From assembly GCF_001194135.2 (NCBI RefSeq), contig NC_068989.1:58448620-58512619 (forward strand): a DNA stretch of 64,000 bases, written 5' to 3'. This DNA is from Octopus bimaculoides. Taxonomy: Eukaryota. Below are positions 41,601-52,200 of this stretch, piece after piece. The notes under the pieces were generated by a model. The model was not told the origin of the DNA and ran no database searches. It saw only the letters and a program-made list of their open reading frames with translations. Every line of letters starts with the position of its first letter. The stretch's first letter is position 1. A program made the translations under genes and the position numbers.

Positions 41601-44600
41601 TTGTTTGTCAGTATGTTAGGGTTTTGGTGATGAGATCAAACAATAGGATCTATAATATACACACATTTGTGACAGACACCAGCAACCAACAAGCACTAAA
41701 TACAAGTCCCCTAGTATGTGGCTTCTGATTTCTCTGTTGATATTATAAATGACGATAACAAGAATTTAAAAAAGTTATCTTTAACAAATCTTTTTAAGGT
41801 TGGTCAGACTGGAAGTGGAAAGAGTACAATTGTGAGACTTTTGTTTCGGTTTTATGACATACAAGGAGGCAATATTGCAATTGATAATCAAGACATTTCT
41901 TTGGTAAGTGTTGAAGATTTTTTTGTATTTTTCAAGACTTTCACTTATTTTGTTATTTCTTGTATTCCTCCATTTTTAACTTGTTTCATTCACTGGACTG
42001 CAACCATCCTGGGGCATTGCCTCAAAGGGTGTTTTCTTGATCTCAGTATTTATTTTTAATTACTGTACTTGTTATATCAGTCACTTATTCCTGAACTGCT
42101 AAGTTACAGGGACATAAAGAAACCAACACTGGTTATCAGGTAGCAAACATAAATACACACACACACACTGTGTAGATGTTTAGTTGCATTACCTCTGGAT
42201 ATCCTTGTTGTTTATTTTGATTATGCACACACACACATATATATCCATACATAGAATGAATTGAGAAGGAAAGAGAGAACAGATAGATTTATCCCTCTCT
42301 GTATATATTATCATCACCATCATTTAATGTCCATTGTCTATACTGGCATGGGTTGGATGGTTTGACCAGAGCTAACAGGCTGGGGAGTTGCACCAGACTC
42401 CAGTCTGATTTTACATAGTTTCTATGGCTGGATGCCCTTCCTAATGCCAACCACTTTACAGAATGTGCTGTATGCTTTTACATGGCACTGCACAAGCGCT
42501 TTTACATACATGATGATATTTGTATATATTATATGCAAACCTAAACAAATTATATAGAAAAAATATTGATTTTTTTTCATTGGAAGTTACATTAAAATTT
42601 TTTGGTTTTAGTTTTGAAAGTAAATTTGGAAATTAATTCCATAATCACAATTTATTGATTTCCATAAAATCAGTTTCTTTGTTATTTTTTGTCTGTTTTT
42701 AGGTTACTCAAAGTTCACTTCGGCAATATATTGGTGTGGTACCCCAAGACACTGTCCTTTTCAATGATGACATCAGGTGAAATATTATATTTTATCAAAA
42801 GACCTAATTAAATATATTACTTTAATTGGTCTTTGCTAACATATTTTCTAGGATCTCTAGCATTTGATTTAAGAATATTTCTTTACTTTTTAAGTAAACT
42901 AGATAAAACCTAGTTTGATAAAGAAAATTTTGTTTCACAATTGAAATTCATCAAACTATAAAAGATTTTGCCAGACCACTAAGTTTTGGGGATGTAAGCA
43001 CAACACTGGATGAAGCAACATCACAAAGACAGACACACACATATATATACACAATGGGTTTCTTTCAGTTTCCATCTACCAAATCCACTGGCTGTAGAAG
43101 ACACTTGCCCAAGGTGTCACACAGTGGGACTGAATCTGGAACCATGTGGTTGGGAAGCAAGCTTCTTCTTGTCTGCACCTGCTAAGTTAAATTACCTTAT
43201 GTTATAAAAAGATAAGAAAAGTGAAATTTTGTTGTCTGAACATTTGTGTTGCTGGTTTTTAAAGATGTTGAGATAAAAAATTTGTTGGACTGTATTGGCT
43301 TTAGTTCTAATAAAGACATACATGCCCAGCGTCGCCTTTCTGGCACTTGTGCCCGTGGCATGTGTAAGGACTTTCGAGCGAGATCGTTGCCAGTGCCCCT
43401 GGACTGGCTCTTGTGCGGGTGGCACGTAAAATACACTATTTTGAGCGTGGCCGTTGCCAGTACTGCCTGACTGGCCCTCGTGCCGGTGGCACGTAAAAGC
43501 ACCCACTACACTCTCGGAGTGGTTGGCGTTAGGAAGGGCATCCAGCTGTAGAAACTCTGCCAAATCAGATTGGAGCCTGGTGTAGCCAGTCCTCAGTCAA
43601 ATCGTCCGACTCATGCTAGCATGGAAAGCGGACGTTAAACGATGATGATGATGATACAGTTGATTGCAAGATGGTGTATAATTAACATAATTGGCTTTTT
43701 GTTTTTGTAGATATAATATTCGTTATGGTCGTTTCAAGAGTGATGAAAGAGACATTCAGGAAGCTGCTGCTGGGGCTGATATTCATGAACGAATTATGTC
43801 ATTTCCAAATCGTTATGATACAGTCGTTGGCGAAAGAGGTTTGAAACTGAGTGGTGGAGAAAAGCAGAGAGTTGCAATTGCTCGTACATTATTAAAGGCT
43901 CCAGCTATTGTCCTTCTGGATGAAGCAACTTCAGCTCTGGATACTGAAACTGAAAGAAACATCCAAGCATCATTATCACGTGTATGTGAAAACCGCACAA
44001 CTATTATTGTTGCACATCGCCTTTCCACTGTTATTCATGCTGATCAAATTTTAGTTCTTCATGAAGGCGTAATTATAGAACGAGGAACGTAAGTACCTGT
44101 GTTTTGACACTTTGAGATCTAAAGTTATTAAATAATCAAGATAAATATTTAAGTTTGATTGTCATCACCATTGTTCATACTCCTGTAATAACTGTAGTTT
44201 GATGAGTTACAACAATCCCCATTTGAGCCCTGCCATAATATAATGTGATTGCTTAATCTCAAGTCTTACACAAATTAATCTTGCTATTTCCTACAAATTT
44301 GTTCTAAATTTTTGCACAGCACCCACATTTCACATATATCACCAATCAGTTTTTGTTTATATTGAATTTTCTTTAAATTTATCCTCAAATCATCTTTGAA
44401 ATCACAAATGATAATGGACGCTACTTCCAGCAAACTGCAGAGGCCATGAACTTTAATGTCTCAGTACAAGATGAACACTTGAAGTGTTAATGTTACTTGA
44501 AGTTTGTAAAAAAACACTCATCCAAGCCCTTCTTTTGTGATTTTCTCTCCACACTTACTTTTGTAACCATTTTCCAGCTTCTTCTATAACCATGAGATTA

Positions 44601-44945
44601 TTTCAGAAATCTATGGAGACAAATTTTACTAATTGGTTATTGATCTTCACTCTTGCTCCTATTGATAAATGATCCATTTACAGAGAACCACTCCTCTTAA
44701 AGAGATTATGGAACATGTTCTCTTTAAAATATATTGAAATGTCACAGCTTTCAAAATCAAAATTATTCTTAAGTACACAAAACTTAGTGTGACCTTGTCT
44801 TCTGATTTAGCTTTTTCTTTTTATTTTTGTCTATTACAGGCATGCTGAGTTGATCAAAGCTGATGGTGCTTATAGCTCAATGTGGCAACAACAGTTGACA
44901 AATATGTCAACAGAGGAATCTTCAGAGAATACGTCAGAGAAGTAA
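13695..44945 (+). CDS. ABCB6: ABC transporter B family member 6 (ABCB6/HMT-1 type half-transporter), spliced CDS of 17 exons, 831 aa
   Basis: Exons 13695-13901, 15583-15875, 18917-19049, 21602-21782, 27097-27201, 27811-27913, 30797-31008, 33484-33593, 35123-35188, 36568-36782, 36955-37018, 37537-37622, 39381-39438, 41799-41903, 42703-42776, 43711-44088, 44840-44945 join in frame (2496 nt, all GT-AG). Motifs: N-terminal TMD0, [42 protein letters not shown], Walker [11 protein letters not shown]-loop GVVPQD, signature LSGGEKQ, Walker [14 protein letters not shown]-loop AHRLST. Confidence 0.96.
14620..14775. repeat. (GA)n plus (TCCA)n/(TACA)n microsatellite
   Basis: Seen directly. Confidence 0.95.
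15583..15875 (+). CDS. ABCB6: ABCB6 exon 2 (TMD0)
   Basis: ttttcag|ILATSV...[17 protein letters not shown]...EWWWHL; donor gtaagt; phase 2. Confidence 0.92.
16330..17230 (-). mobile_element. RTE LINE 3' fragment
   Basis: [18 protein letters not shown]...GRARKTF is the RTE C-terminal motif. Confidence 0.8.
17746..17808. repeat. (AAC)n microsatellite
   Basis: Seen directly. Confidence 0.95.
17890..18240 (+). repeat. Degenerate tandem array with core GGAACTTTCCAGGAA (about 13 units, 20-30 bp period)
   Basis: TTCCAGGAA at 18010, 18038, 18060, 18158, 18184, 18205; variants at 18111 and 18231. Confidence 0.9.
18259..18385 (+). mobile_element. 3' fragment of an RLE-type (CRE-like) non-LTR retrotransposon
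   Basis: [18 protein letters not shown] resembles the C-terminal FQRxSxAxQRGNAxSIL motif; homologous to 61181-61340. Confidence 0.55.
18917..19049 (+). CDS. ABCB6: ABCB6 exon 3
   Basis: ttttag|...[12 protein letters not shown]...LGFCAPG...DEEQ|gtaaat. Confidence 0.92.
21602..21782 (+). CDS. ABCB6: ABCB6 exon 4
   Basis: [13 protein letters not shown]...LVWPKG...[14 protein letters not shown]|gtgagt. Confidence 0.92.
22065..22284. mobile_element. piggyBac-like MITE
   Basis: TTAA|CCCTTTAGCAT...ATGCTAAAGGG|TTAA. Related fragments near 7820-7885 and 39660-39815. Confidence 0.85.
22390..22782 (-). mobile_element. tRNA-derived SINE, CpG-rich family, copy 1
   Basis: Minus-strand tRNA-like head with A box TGGCCCAGTGG and B-box-like TTTCGATTCCC; closely similar copy at about 26530-26917. 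Confidence 0.75.
23640..23815 (+). mobile_element. Mariner transposase fragment
   Basis: [21 protein letters not shown] resembles the mariner RVxAKFVPxLL linker. Confidence 0.7.
24300..25480 (-). mobile_element. Five head-to-tail tRNA-SINE copies separated by (AAT)n
   Basis: Units at about 24310-24540, 24545-24750, 24770-24995, 25005-25235 and 25260-25478 share aggcacaagg...gaaaggatgaaaggcaaagt...tttgaactcagaa...attctgccagct. Confidence 0.85.
25478..25565. repeat. (AAT)n microsatellite
   Basis: Seen directly. Confidence 0.95.
25570..25775 (+). mobile_element. R4/Dong-like RLE LINE 3' end inside (AAT)n
   Basis: [19 protein letters not shown]-terminal motif, 3' UTR and (AAT)n tail; flanked by (AAT)n on both sides. 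Confidence 0.7.
26530..26917 (-). mobile_element. tRNA-derived SINE, CpG-rich family, copy 2
   Basis: Aligns along its length with 22390-22782. Confidence 0.75.
27097..27201 (+). CDS. ABCB6: ABCB6 exon 5
   Basis: ttttag|VNSLSED...FMLQGGGF|gtaagc. Confidence 0.92.
27811..27913 (+). CDS. ABCB6: ABCB6 exon 6
   Basis: tttcaag|[23 protein letters not shown]...FEHLH|gtatgc. Confidence 0.93.
28025..28268. mobile_element. Foldback MITE with about 110-bp inverted arms
   Basis: 28025-28138 is the reverse complement of 28159-28268 with scattered mismatches; no clear TSD. Confidence 0.75.
29529..29962 (+). mobile_element. Full-length major SINE
   Basis: Same family consensus. Confidence 0.85.
30797..31008 (+). 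CDS. ABCB6: ABCB6 exon 7
   Basis: tttcag|[21 protein letters not shown]...CMTLYL|gtaagt. Confidence 0.95.
31419..32420 (-). mobile_element. Mariner element remnant
   Basis: [23 protein letters not shown] (HPPYSPDLAPSD motif) and an upstream HTH/WVP region; frameshifted. Confidence 0.85.
32490..32730. repeat. Compound (TA)n/TATGTATATACATACA low-complexity tract
   Basis: Seen directly. Confidence 0.95.
33484..33593 (+). CDS. ABCB6: ABCB6 exon 8
   Basis: ttttag|[15 protein letters not shown]...[10 protein letters not shown]|gtttga. Too short for the ORF track. Confidence 0.94.
34055..35034 (-). mobile_element. Internally deleted Tc1/mariner element (DD41D/rosa-like)
   Basis: TIRs CAGGGTGTCCGCAAAATGTAT... 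and ...ATACATGTTTTGGGACACCCTG|TA; degenerate WIG..S.E.P..S.D.T.LD.FLWAYLK motif. Confidence 0.8.
35123..35188 (+). CDS. ABCB6: ABCB6 exon 9
   Basis: ctttaaag|[22 protein letters not shown]|gtcagt. Confidence 0.93.
35710..36280 (-). mobile_element. RTE LINE 3' fragment
   Basis: Same degenerate RTE 3' sequence type as 16330-17230. Confidence 0.55.
36568..36782 (+). CDS. ABCB6: ABCB6 exon 10
   Basis: tttgcag|KAEWLS...[24 protein letters not shown]|gtaagc. Confidence 0.95.
36955..37018 (+). CDS. ABCB6: ABCB6 exon 11
   Basis: aaatag|[22 protein letters not shown]|gtaaga. Confidence 0.94.
37537..37622 (+). CDS. ABCB6: ABCB6 exon 12
   Basis: tttcag|[10 protein letters not shown]...[14 protein letters not shown]|gtaagt. 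Confidence 0.94.
38217..39106. mobile_element. Foldback Tc1/mariner derivative made of two inverted 3' ends
   Basis: Arms 38217-38598 and 38724-39106 are reverse complements. Each encodes WPSxSxDLTSxDFFLWxYLKERV and ends in a CA(G/T)GGTGTCCC-type TIR within (TA)n. Confidence 0.9.
39381..39438 (+). CDS. ABCB6: ABCB6 exon 13
   Basis: ttttag|[19 protein letters not shown]|gtaagt. Confidence 0.94.
39898..40185 (+). mobile_element. LINE 3' end with C2H2-like zinc-finger remnant
   Basis: GLKRHVRIH...[21 protein letters not shown], short 3' UTR, (TA)n tail; no splice context. Confidence 0.55.
40197..40606 (-). mobile_element. Full-length major SINE
   Basis: Reverse complement of the family consensus. 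Confidence 0.85.
41799..41903 (+). CDS. ABCB6: ABCB6 exon 14 (Walker A)
   Basis: tttaag|[20 protein letters not shown]...QDISL|gtaagt. Confidence 0.95.
42703..42776 (+). CDS. ABCB6: ABCB6 exon 15 (Q-loop)
   Basis: tttttag|[24 protein letters not shown]|gtgaaa. Confidence 0.95.
43320..43655 (+). mobile_element. (GAT)n-tailed retroelement with internal ~60-bp tandem units
   Basis: ggttggcgttaggaagggcatccagctgtagaaac...catggaaagcggacgttaaacgatgatgat. Other copies near 1, 5970, 8935, 16007, 21880, 28700, 42310, 45290, 49805, 51270, 53320 and 55830. Confidence 0.8.
43711..44088 (+). CDS. ABCB6: ABCB6 exon 16 (signature, Walker B, H-loop)
   Basis: ttttgtag|YNIRYG...[13 protein letters not shown]...[10 protein letters not shown]...AHRLST...IERG|gtaagt. 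Confidence 0.96.
44840..44945 (+). CDS. ABCB6: ABCB6 exon 17 (last coding exon)
   Basis: ttacag|[19 protein letters not shown]...SEK*; TAA at 44943-44945. Confidence 0.93.
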
Positions 44946-45106
44946 TTAGGAATATTTTCAGTTTTTTTAAAATTCAGAATAGATTTTTTTCACATTCACA
45001 TTTCTGATGGTTTGTATGATAGAGTTATATATAAATATGTGTTTGTATGATAGAGTTTGTAATTTTATTGAGAAAATGTTTTTGGATCTCACATATGTCA
45101 AAATCT

Positions 45107-45112
45107 AATAAA
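45107..45112 (+). terminator. Candidate ABCB6 poly(A) signal AATAAA
   Basis: First canonical AATAAA after the stop codon at 44945. Confidence 0.55.
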
Positions 45113-45161
45113 ATATCTGAATAAGTTTTTCCAGTTATTGATTCCAAATGACTTGTATTGT

Positions 45162-45167
45162 TTTATT
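45162..45167 (-). terminator. Candidate GTPBP6 poly(A) signal AATAAA
   Basis: First canonical minus-strand AATAAA (tttatt on +) found after the stop at 46042; variant hexamers occur earlier. Confidence 0.4.
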
Positions 45168-46041
45168 ATTAAATTAGCTGCTAATTTCAGTTCCTCTGGG
45201 GCAAAATTTGTTCACTGCAGCACATATAATTTGAATTTCCATGTTTCTGTCACCTAGTTCATTATTCCTACCTGGTCTTGGAAATTGTAGTTGTGGCTGA
45301 TGCCAGTGCTGCCTGTCTGGCTCTCCGTGCCGGTGGCATGTAAAAAGCACCATCTGAACGTGGTCGACACCAGCCCCCTCGCTCCGATTGGCTCCTGTGC
45401 CAGTGGCATGTAAAAAGCACCATTCGAACGTGGCCGATGCCAGTGCTGCCTTGAGTGGCTCCCGTGCCGGTGGCATGTAAAAGCACCCACTACACTCTTG
45501 GAGTGGTTGATATTAGGAAGGGCATCCAGCTGTAGAAACACTGCCAGATCAGATTGGAGACTGGTGCAACCTCCTGGCTTCCCAGACCCCAGTCAAACCG
45601 TCCAACCCATGCCAGCATGGAAAACGGACACTAAACGATGATGATGATGTCTTTAGATGCTTACTCCCCATCTAGTTTTAGTGGCCTCTAAAGGATCATG
45701 AGAACTACTTTTCACTCCTGACTGTCCCCGAAAAACCCCAAACTGTAAAAGTGTCTTTGGGAAGGTACTCAAGATAAATGTGGTATTTATATTTTTCAAA
45801 GGAAATGACTAAAAGTAGGAACTAAAACTAGGAACTAAAACTGAGTTGCAAATTTAGTTTACCAACAATTAAAAGTTAAAAAATTTAAAATAAAGTTGAA
45901 ATCATTGGAAAATTGTAGAAAAATATTTATCTAAAAATTCAAATATCCAAAAAATTGAAACTAATTTAGATTCTTTCAATATGAAATATTTGAACATTAT
46001 TTCACTCAGAAAGTTTTCAGTTCGTTAAGATTGTTGTTAGC

Positions 46042-46207
46042 TCATGCTGTAACATCTATTGTAGCCTGAAGGTATTTCTTCCTTTGTTTCTTAAATTCTG
46101 CTTTAAATCGGTGGTACGTAGAATCTGTGATGACTACAGTAACAATGAGATTTTCTTTGGTGGCATCAGGAACAGCTGAAACAATGCTTGCTTCTTGTTG
46201 GAGCCAT
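46042..46207 (-). CDS. GTPBP6: GTPBP6 exon 11 (last coding exon)
   Basis: ttttag|WLQQEASIVS...VVITDSTYHRFK...DVTA*; TGA at 46044-46042. Confidence 0.9.
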
Positions 46208-49200
46208 CTAAAATATAAGTAGAAGTTTAAATAAATACTATAAAAAAGTCAGGAGTTTAAAACATGTAACTGAATCTATATTGTGGCTTAAGTCTATGTA
46301 TATTATTATTGTTGATTTAATTAACCTGGAAAAATAGATACCACCAATTATATTATTTTTTGAGAGCAGGAACAATGCCTTTCAGCAAGACACAAATAGG
46401 GAAATTTTCATATCTTTTCAGCCATAGTGACATGGAAAAATGGATATCAACAAAAATATTGCTTGAAACTGTTTTAGATTTAATTAGCTTGCCTATAATT
46501 ATTAACATTTGTTTTAGATTCTTTCAATATGTCTATTTCCATGTTAGCATGGCTAAGATGAATATACTGAGGCATACTTTTACAACCAGGTGGGTTTTCC
46601 TGTCAATAACCCTTATCTGCTTTTCCAGGAAGAGATCTTATATATATACATACACATTGAGAAAACCACATGATGTGATTGAAACATTACTGGTTTCAAA
46701 CTCCCCTTACATTGGTGAATCATGTGTATTATGATTACATCATTGTCTAAAGGAAGGAGGTGTTCTCAGTAGATGGAAAACAAGAGCAATCAGATATTCA
46801 TTGTTGAATCTGCCAGAATGCATTACAAATGAATAAATGTATTATTGTTTGGTTTCTCACTGTTCTGCATGCACTTCTTTATATATATATATATATGTGT
46901 GTGTGAAGGTGTGTGGCTCAGTGGTTGTACCGTTAGGCTTACAATCGTGAGGTTGTGAGTTTGATTCCAGGACAGGACTGTGTGTTGTGCTCTTGAGCAA
47001 GACACTTTATTTCATGTTCACTCAGCTGTAGAAATGAGTTGCAATGTCACTGGTGCCAAGCACTGTATTAGCCTTTGCCTTTCTCTTGAACATGGGTGGT
47101 ATGCATGGGTGACTGCTGATCTTCCATAAACAACTTTGCCTAGATTTGTGCCTTGGAAGGGAAACTTTCTAGGTGCACTCCCATGGTCATTCATGACTGA
47201 AGGAGGTCTTAAGGATATACATATACATACATATATATATATATACACACATATTTATATCATATATATACACACACACACATATTTATATCATACTAGC
47301 AGAAATACCCGGCGTTGCCCGGGTTAAAGAGAATAATGAAATCTAAAAACGCCGTCTAGACTACGCATCATCTTTATATATAGAGATATATATACACACA
47401 CGCACCCAAACACATGTATATATATGTATATCAATATAAATATATGAAAGTCAATGAAGTTTCGTAAAAGAAGATGATCATGTACATACTTTCTTGCTGT
47501 TGTGATTATAACACCTCATTGTAAACTATGTTCCTTGTTTTCCCTTGTGGAGCATATACAAATAGGTTTTTTGTTGCAGCCAACATACAGTTGTCCNNNN
47601 NNNNNNNNNNNNNNNNNNNNNNNNNNNNNNNNNNNNNNNNNNNNNNNNNNNNNNNNNNNNNNNNNNNNNNNNNNNNNNNNNNNNNNNNNNNNNNNNNNNN
47701 NNNNNNNNNNNNNNNNNNNNNNNNNNNNNNNNNNNNNNNNNNNNNNNNNNNNNNNNNNNNNNNNNNNNNNNNNNNNNNNNNNNNNNNNNNNNNNNNNNNN
47801 NNNNNNNNNNNNNNNNNNNNNNNNNNNNNNNNNNNNNNNNNNNNNNNNNNNNNNNNNNNNNNNNNNNNNNNNNNNNNNNNNNNNNNNNNNNNNNNNNNNN
47901 NNNNNNNNNNNNNNNNNNNNNNNNNNNNNNNNNNNNNNNNNNNNNNNNNNNNNNNNNNNNNNNNNNNNNNNNNNNNNNNNNNNNNNNNNNNNNNNNNNNN
48001 NNNNNNNNNNNNNNNNNNNNNNNNNNNNNNNNNNNNNNNNNNNNNNNNNNNNNNNNNNNNNNNNNNNNNNNNNNNNNNNNNNNNNNNNNNNNNNNNNNNN
48101 NNNNNNNNNNNNNNNNNNNNNNNNNNNNNNNNNNNNNNNNNNNNNNNNNNNNNNNNNNNNNNNNNNNNNNNNNNNNNNNNNNNNNNNNNNNNNNNNNNNN
48201 NNNNNNNNNNNNNNNNNNNNNNNNNNNNNNNNNNNNNNNNNNNNNNNNNNNNNNNNNNNNNNNNNNNNNNNNNNNNNNNNNNNNNNNNNNNNNNNNNNNN
48301 NNNNNNNNNNNNNNNNNNNNNNNNNNNNNNNNNNNNNNNNNNNNNNNNNNNNNNNNNNNNNNNNNNNNNNNNNNNCGAAATGTGATTGTTTCAGTTAGTG
48401 GAATACTTTCATTTTTAAAGTGAAAGTATTTGACATGAGTGTTTTTGTTTCACTTTTGACACGTAATACTTAAATAGTGGAGGAGATATTATGTTGCCGT
48501 GTGCTCGAACTCTGCAAGAAGTTAATAATTTTTTTTGACTAAAACACAACTGGAACCCTAAGTAAGGCATGTGTAAAATTTGAATGAAATTGGTTGCGTA
48601 GTTCTCGAGTTTTAGGGATTCACACAGACAGACAGACACACATTCTCATTTTTATATATATAGATATATACACACACACACATATTTATATCATATATAC
48701 AGCAAAACAAATAAAAAAATGAAAGACTATGAAAATAGTGACTTTGGATAAAAAAATGGTACAAAATTAATAATTGTTGGCAACACTTACTGAAACAAAG
48801 AGCTCCCCATATTGATACGAAACTTTCTTTGTTTCCAGTTACTATTATTAAGGATGGCTTCTTGAATGCAATGCTTAAGTTTTCCAACTCCAACTCCACT
48901 ACTGGCATTTGTGTATATGCATTTTCTTTCTGACTGACTTTCTAAATTTTCCCTAAAATACACAAAATAAATGATTGATAGTGATAAAAGATAAAAACAT
49001 GAAGTCACTGAGTTAATATAGCACTTACATTGTAAAACTTTAAACTGCTTTAATATCAGTGACTGATCAAATGCCCCAAAATACTGATCAAAATTCACAT
49101 ATGACAAAAAAGAAAAAAAAAAAGAAAGAGAGACCATGTACTTTTGTAATTGAGATCTGCAATAGAAATTTTTTTATCATTCTACAGGTAAACCATTTCC

Positions 49201-52200
49201 TAATTTCAGTTTGGTAGTAATGTTTTATATATATATGTATATATGAACAAATAAAAGGTGCAGTGGAATTGCAAGAAAGTTAATGGCAAAAGTAGTGTTT
49301 GTATGTGGAGGACGCACAGGAACCATAAAGACTAATGATACACAGGAAATCGATTTTCTCAAACGCACTAGAGGCTCCCTAGAGGTAGCAGACAATTTCT
49401 GTTGTCTAGGTGACCTAAATAGCAGTGGGAGAGGATGTTGCTAAAATAGAAATAGGATGGAGAAAATTCAGACAGTGATTACCTCTGTTAACAAAAAGTC
49501 TCTTACTCCAAGTGAAAGGTAGATTGTATGATGCTTGTGTACATACATAGGCACAGGAGTGGCTGTGTGGTTAAAAGCTTACTTCTCAACCATGTGGTTC
49601 CAGATTCAGTTCCACTATGTGGCACCTTGGGCAAGTGTCTTCTACTATAGCCTCGGGCTGACCAAAGCCTTGTGAGTGGATTTGGTAGACAGAGACTGAA
49701 AGACGCTCATTATATATAATATATATATATATGTATGTATGTGTGTGTGTGTGTGTGTGTTTGTCCCCTACATCACTACTTTACAACTGGTATAGGTGTG
49801 TTTACATCATCATCATCGTTTAACGTCCGCTTTCCATGCTAGCATGGGTTGCACTATTTGACTGAGGACTGGTGAACCAGGTGGCTACACCAGGCTCCAA
49901 TCTGATTTGGCAGAGTTTCTACAGCTGGATGCCCTTCCTAATGCCAACCACTCCGAGAGTGTAGTGGGTGCTTTTACGTGCCACCGGCACAAAGGCCAGT
50001 CAGGCGGTACTGGCAACGGCCACACTCGAAATGGTGTCTTTTACGTGCCACCTGCACGGTAGCCAGTCCAGCGGCACTGGCAACGATCTCGCTTGTATGT
50101 ACATTCCCATAATTTAGCAGTTCGGCAAAAGAGACCAATAGAATAAGTACCAGGCTTGAAAACTAAGTACAGGGGTCAATTCATTCGACTAACAAGTAAA
50201 AAATAAAAGACACAGTAATGCTACATGTTAGTGAGAATGCAGAGGATAAGCAAAGACAAGTGAGGAAGCAAGTATGCTCCATTGGATATGTAATGTCAGT
50301 GTGCATATACAACAACATACTGAGAGAAAAATCAGATGTAGTGTGCAAGAGAGAAGACTGCACTGGTTTGGTCATGTTACGCATATGGATGAAATAGCTG
50401 CATAAAGATGTGCTGATTGCTTAAACTGAATGTAACTTGTGGAAGTGGGAAACCCAGGAAAACATGGGATAAATAATAAAGACTGATCACAGGATGCTAA
50501 ACCTTAAGGAGGAGATGACAAAGGGCTGATATGATTGGCAATTTGCTGTGCTCGAGAAGACCCATCCATTGCAGCAGAAATAACATCCTAAAACTACCTT
50601 GGTTGTACATATTTGGCCTTGTCCCTCATTTCTCTCCCTCTCTCTTTGCCCTGTTAAGCATTTCCCCCACATTACATCTCCTAACACCCTTCACTTCCTG
50701 ATCTATGGTACTGCTTGGCTGCTGCAATCACCTGAGAGAAAACTAGGTAAATTACACCCCTCCTTTTTGGAATCCCTTCCATTTCTCATTATCATCCTGG
50801 CCCACGCTATTTCCACCAAACACTTTCTTTTCTGCCTTTTGCTCTCCTTTTCTGTACTTCTTTCTTAATATCTCTCTCAATGCCCTCTCACACCCCACTT
50901 ACTATGGCCCCTTGAGTCACTCCTTTATCTCTCACCATCACCTTGCTAGGTGCATCTCTACCCATCATCTTCCCCCCCACCCATGATCCACTGTGTCTTT
51001 AGATGCTCCAGTATCCCACCGCCACTCCTGTCTTCTTTCCAGCTTTTCAACTACCCAACCTCGTATATCTATTACAAGTCACCTGGGCATGTTCTGCTAT
51101 CATACTCTAACCTCTTAATACCTAGCATTGAAACATTGTCCCTTCCCCACTCTTAAATGCTACCCTCCCAATATAATTGAGGAGGCTTTTTTCTTCTTTT
51201 CCTTCTGCCCATTTTTCTTCTTTCTTCCTATTCCTTTAATTTCTTGTCTTGAAGTCACTTAGCAACCTTGTTAGTGCTAGTGTCATGAAAAAAAAACATC
51301 CAGTACACTCTGTAAAATGGTTGGTGTTAGGAAGGGCATCCAGCCACAGAAACCAAGCTACTGCTGACATTGGGGCTTGGCACTTGACATGGCCTTACAG
51401 CTTGCTGGATCCTGTCAGACTGTCCAACCCATGCCAGTATGGAAAATGGATGATAAATGATGTTAATATATGTATATACACATGTACTCACCTGCAAAGT
51501 AAAAGGTCAACTTTATTTTTCACTTCAATCATATTTTCCAGTTTTTGAGGGTTGATCATGCCTTTTAGAGTGTTGTAAACATTCATAGATTGAGCTGTGG
51601 TGTCTTCATGACTGATATCTCTCACATGGATTACTACATCCTAAAACAATACATTGTAAATAATAATAATGATTTGAAATTCAAAATAGTTACAGAGAAA
51701 TAATTCAAAAGTTTGCTGAATAGAAGAAACAAACACATTGATCCATTTTAACACTCTCTGATTTTGAGCTATTGAAAGTTCTGGTACTGTGAGTATAGTG
51801 AAGTTTCAGGTCTATGCAAATCTTCTTAAGAAAATGACACACTTATTGGAAATGTTATTGCCGAAAAAGCATCACAGTAAAAAGGTTGAAAATGCGGAGC
51901 ACCAAACACCATGAAGTAACTGAGATGCAGAAGCTAATATTTTCTGGGGAAATATTTATAAAAGAACAGTTTGAAACGAATGAAAAAGAAACAACAAATA
52001 AAATGCAAATGTCAAACTTACTGCAATAACTGCATCTTCAAGTGTAGCAGCAAATGCTTCTATAAGTGTGGTAGGGATATTTGAAATAAATCCAACAGTA
52101 TCAATATAAATAACTGTCATATGATTTGGTAGGACACCAGCATGGGCTGTTACATCTAGAGTAGCAAACAGCTGGTCAACAGGCTGTAGCTTTGCATCAG

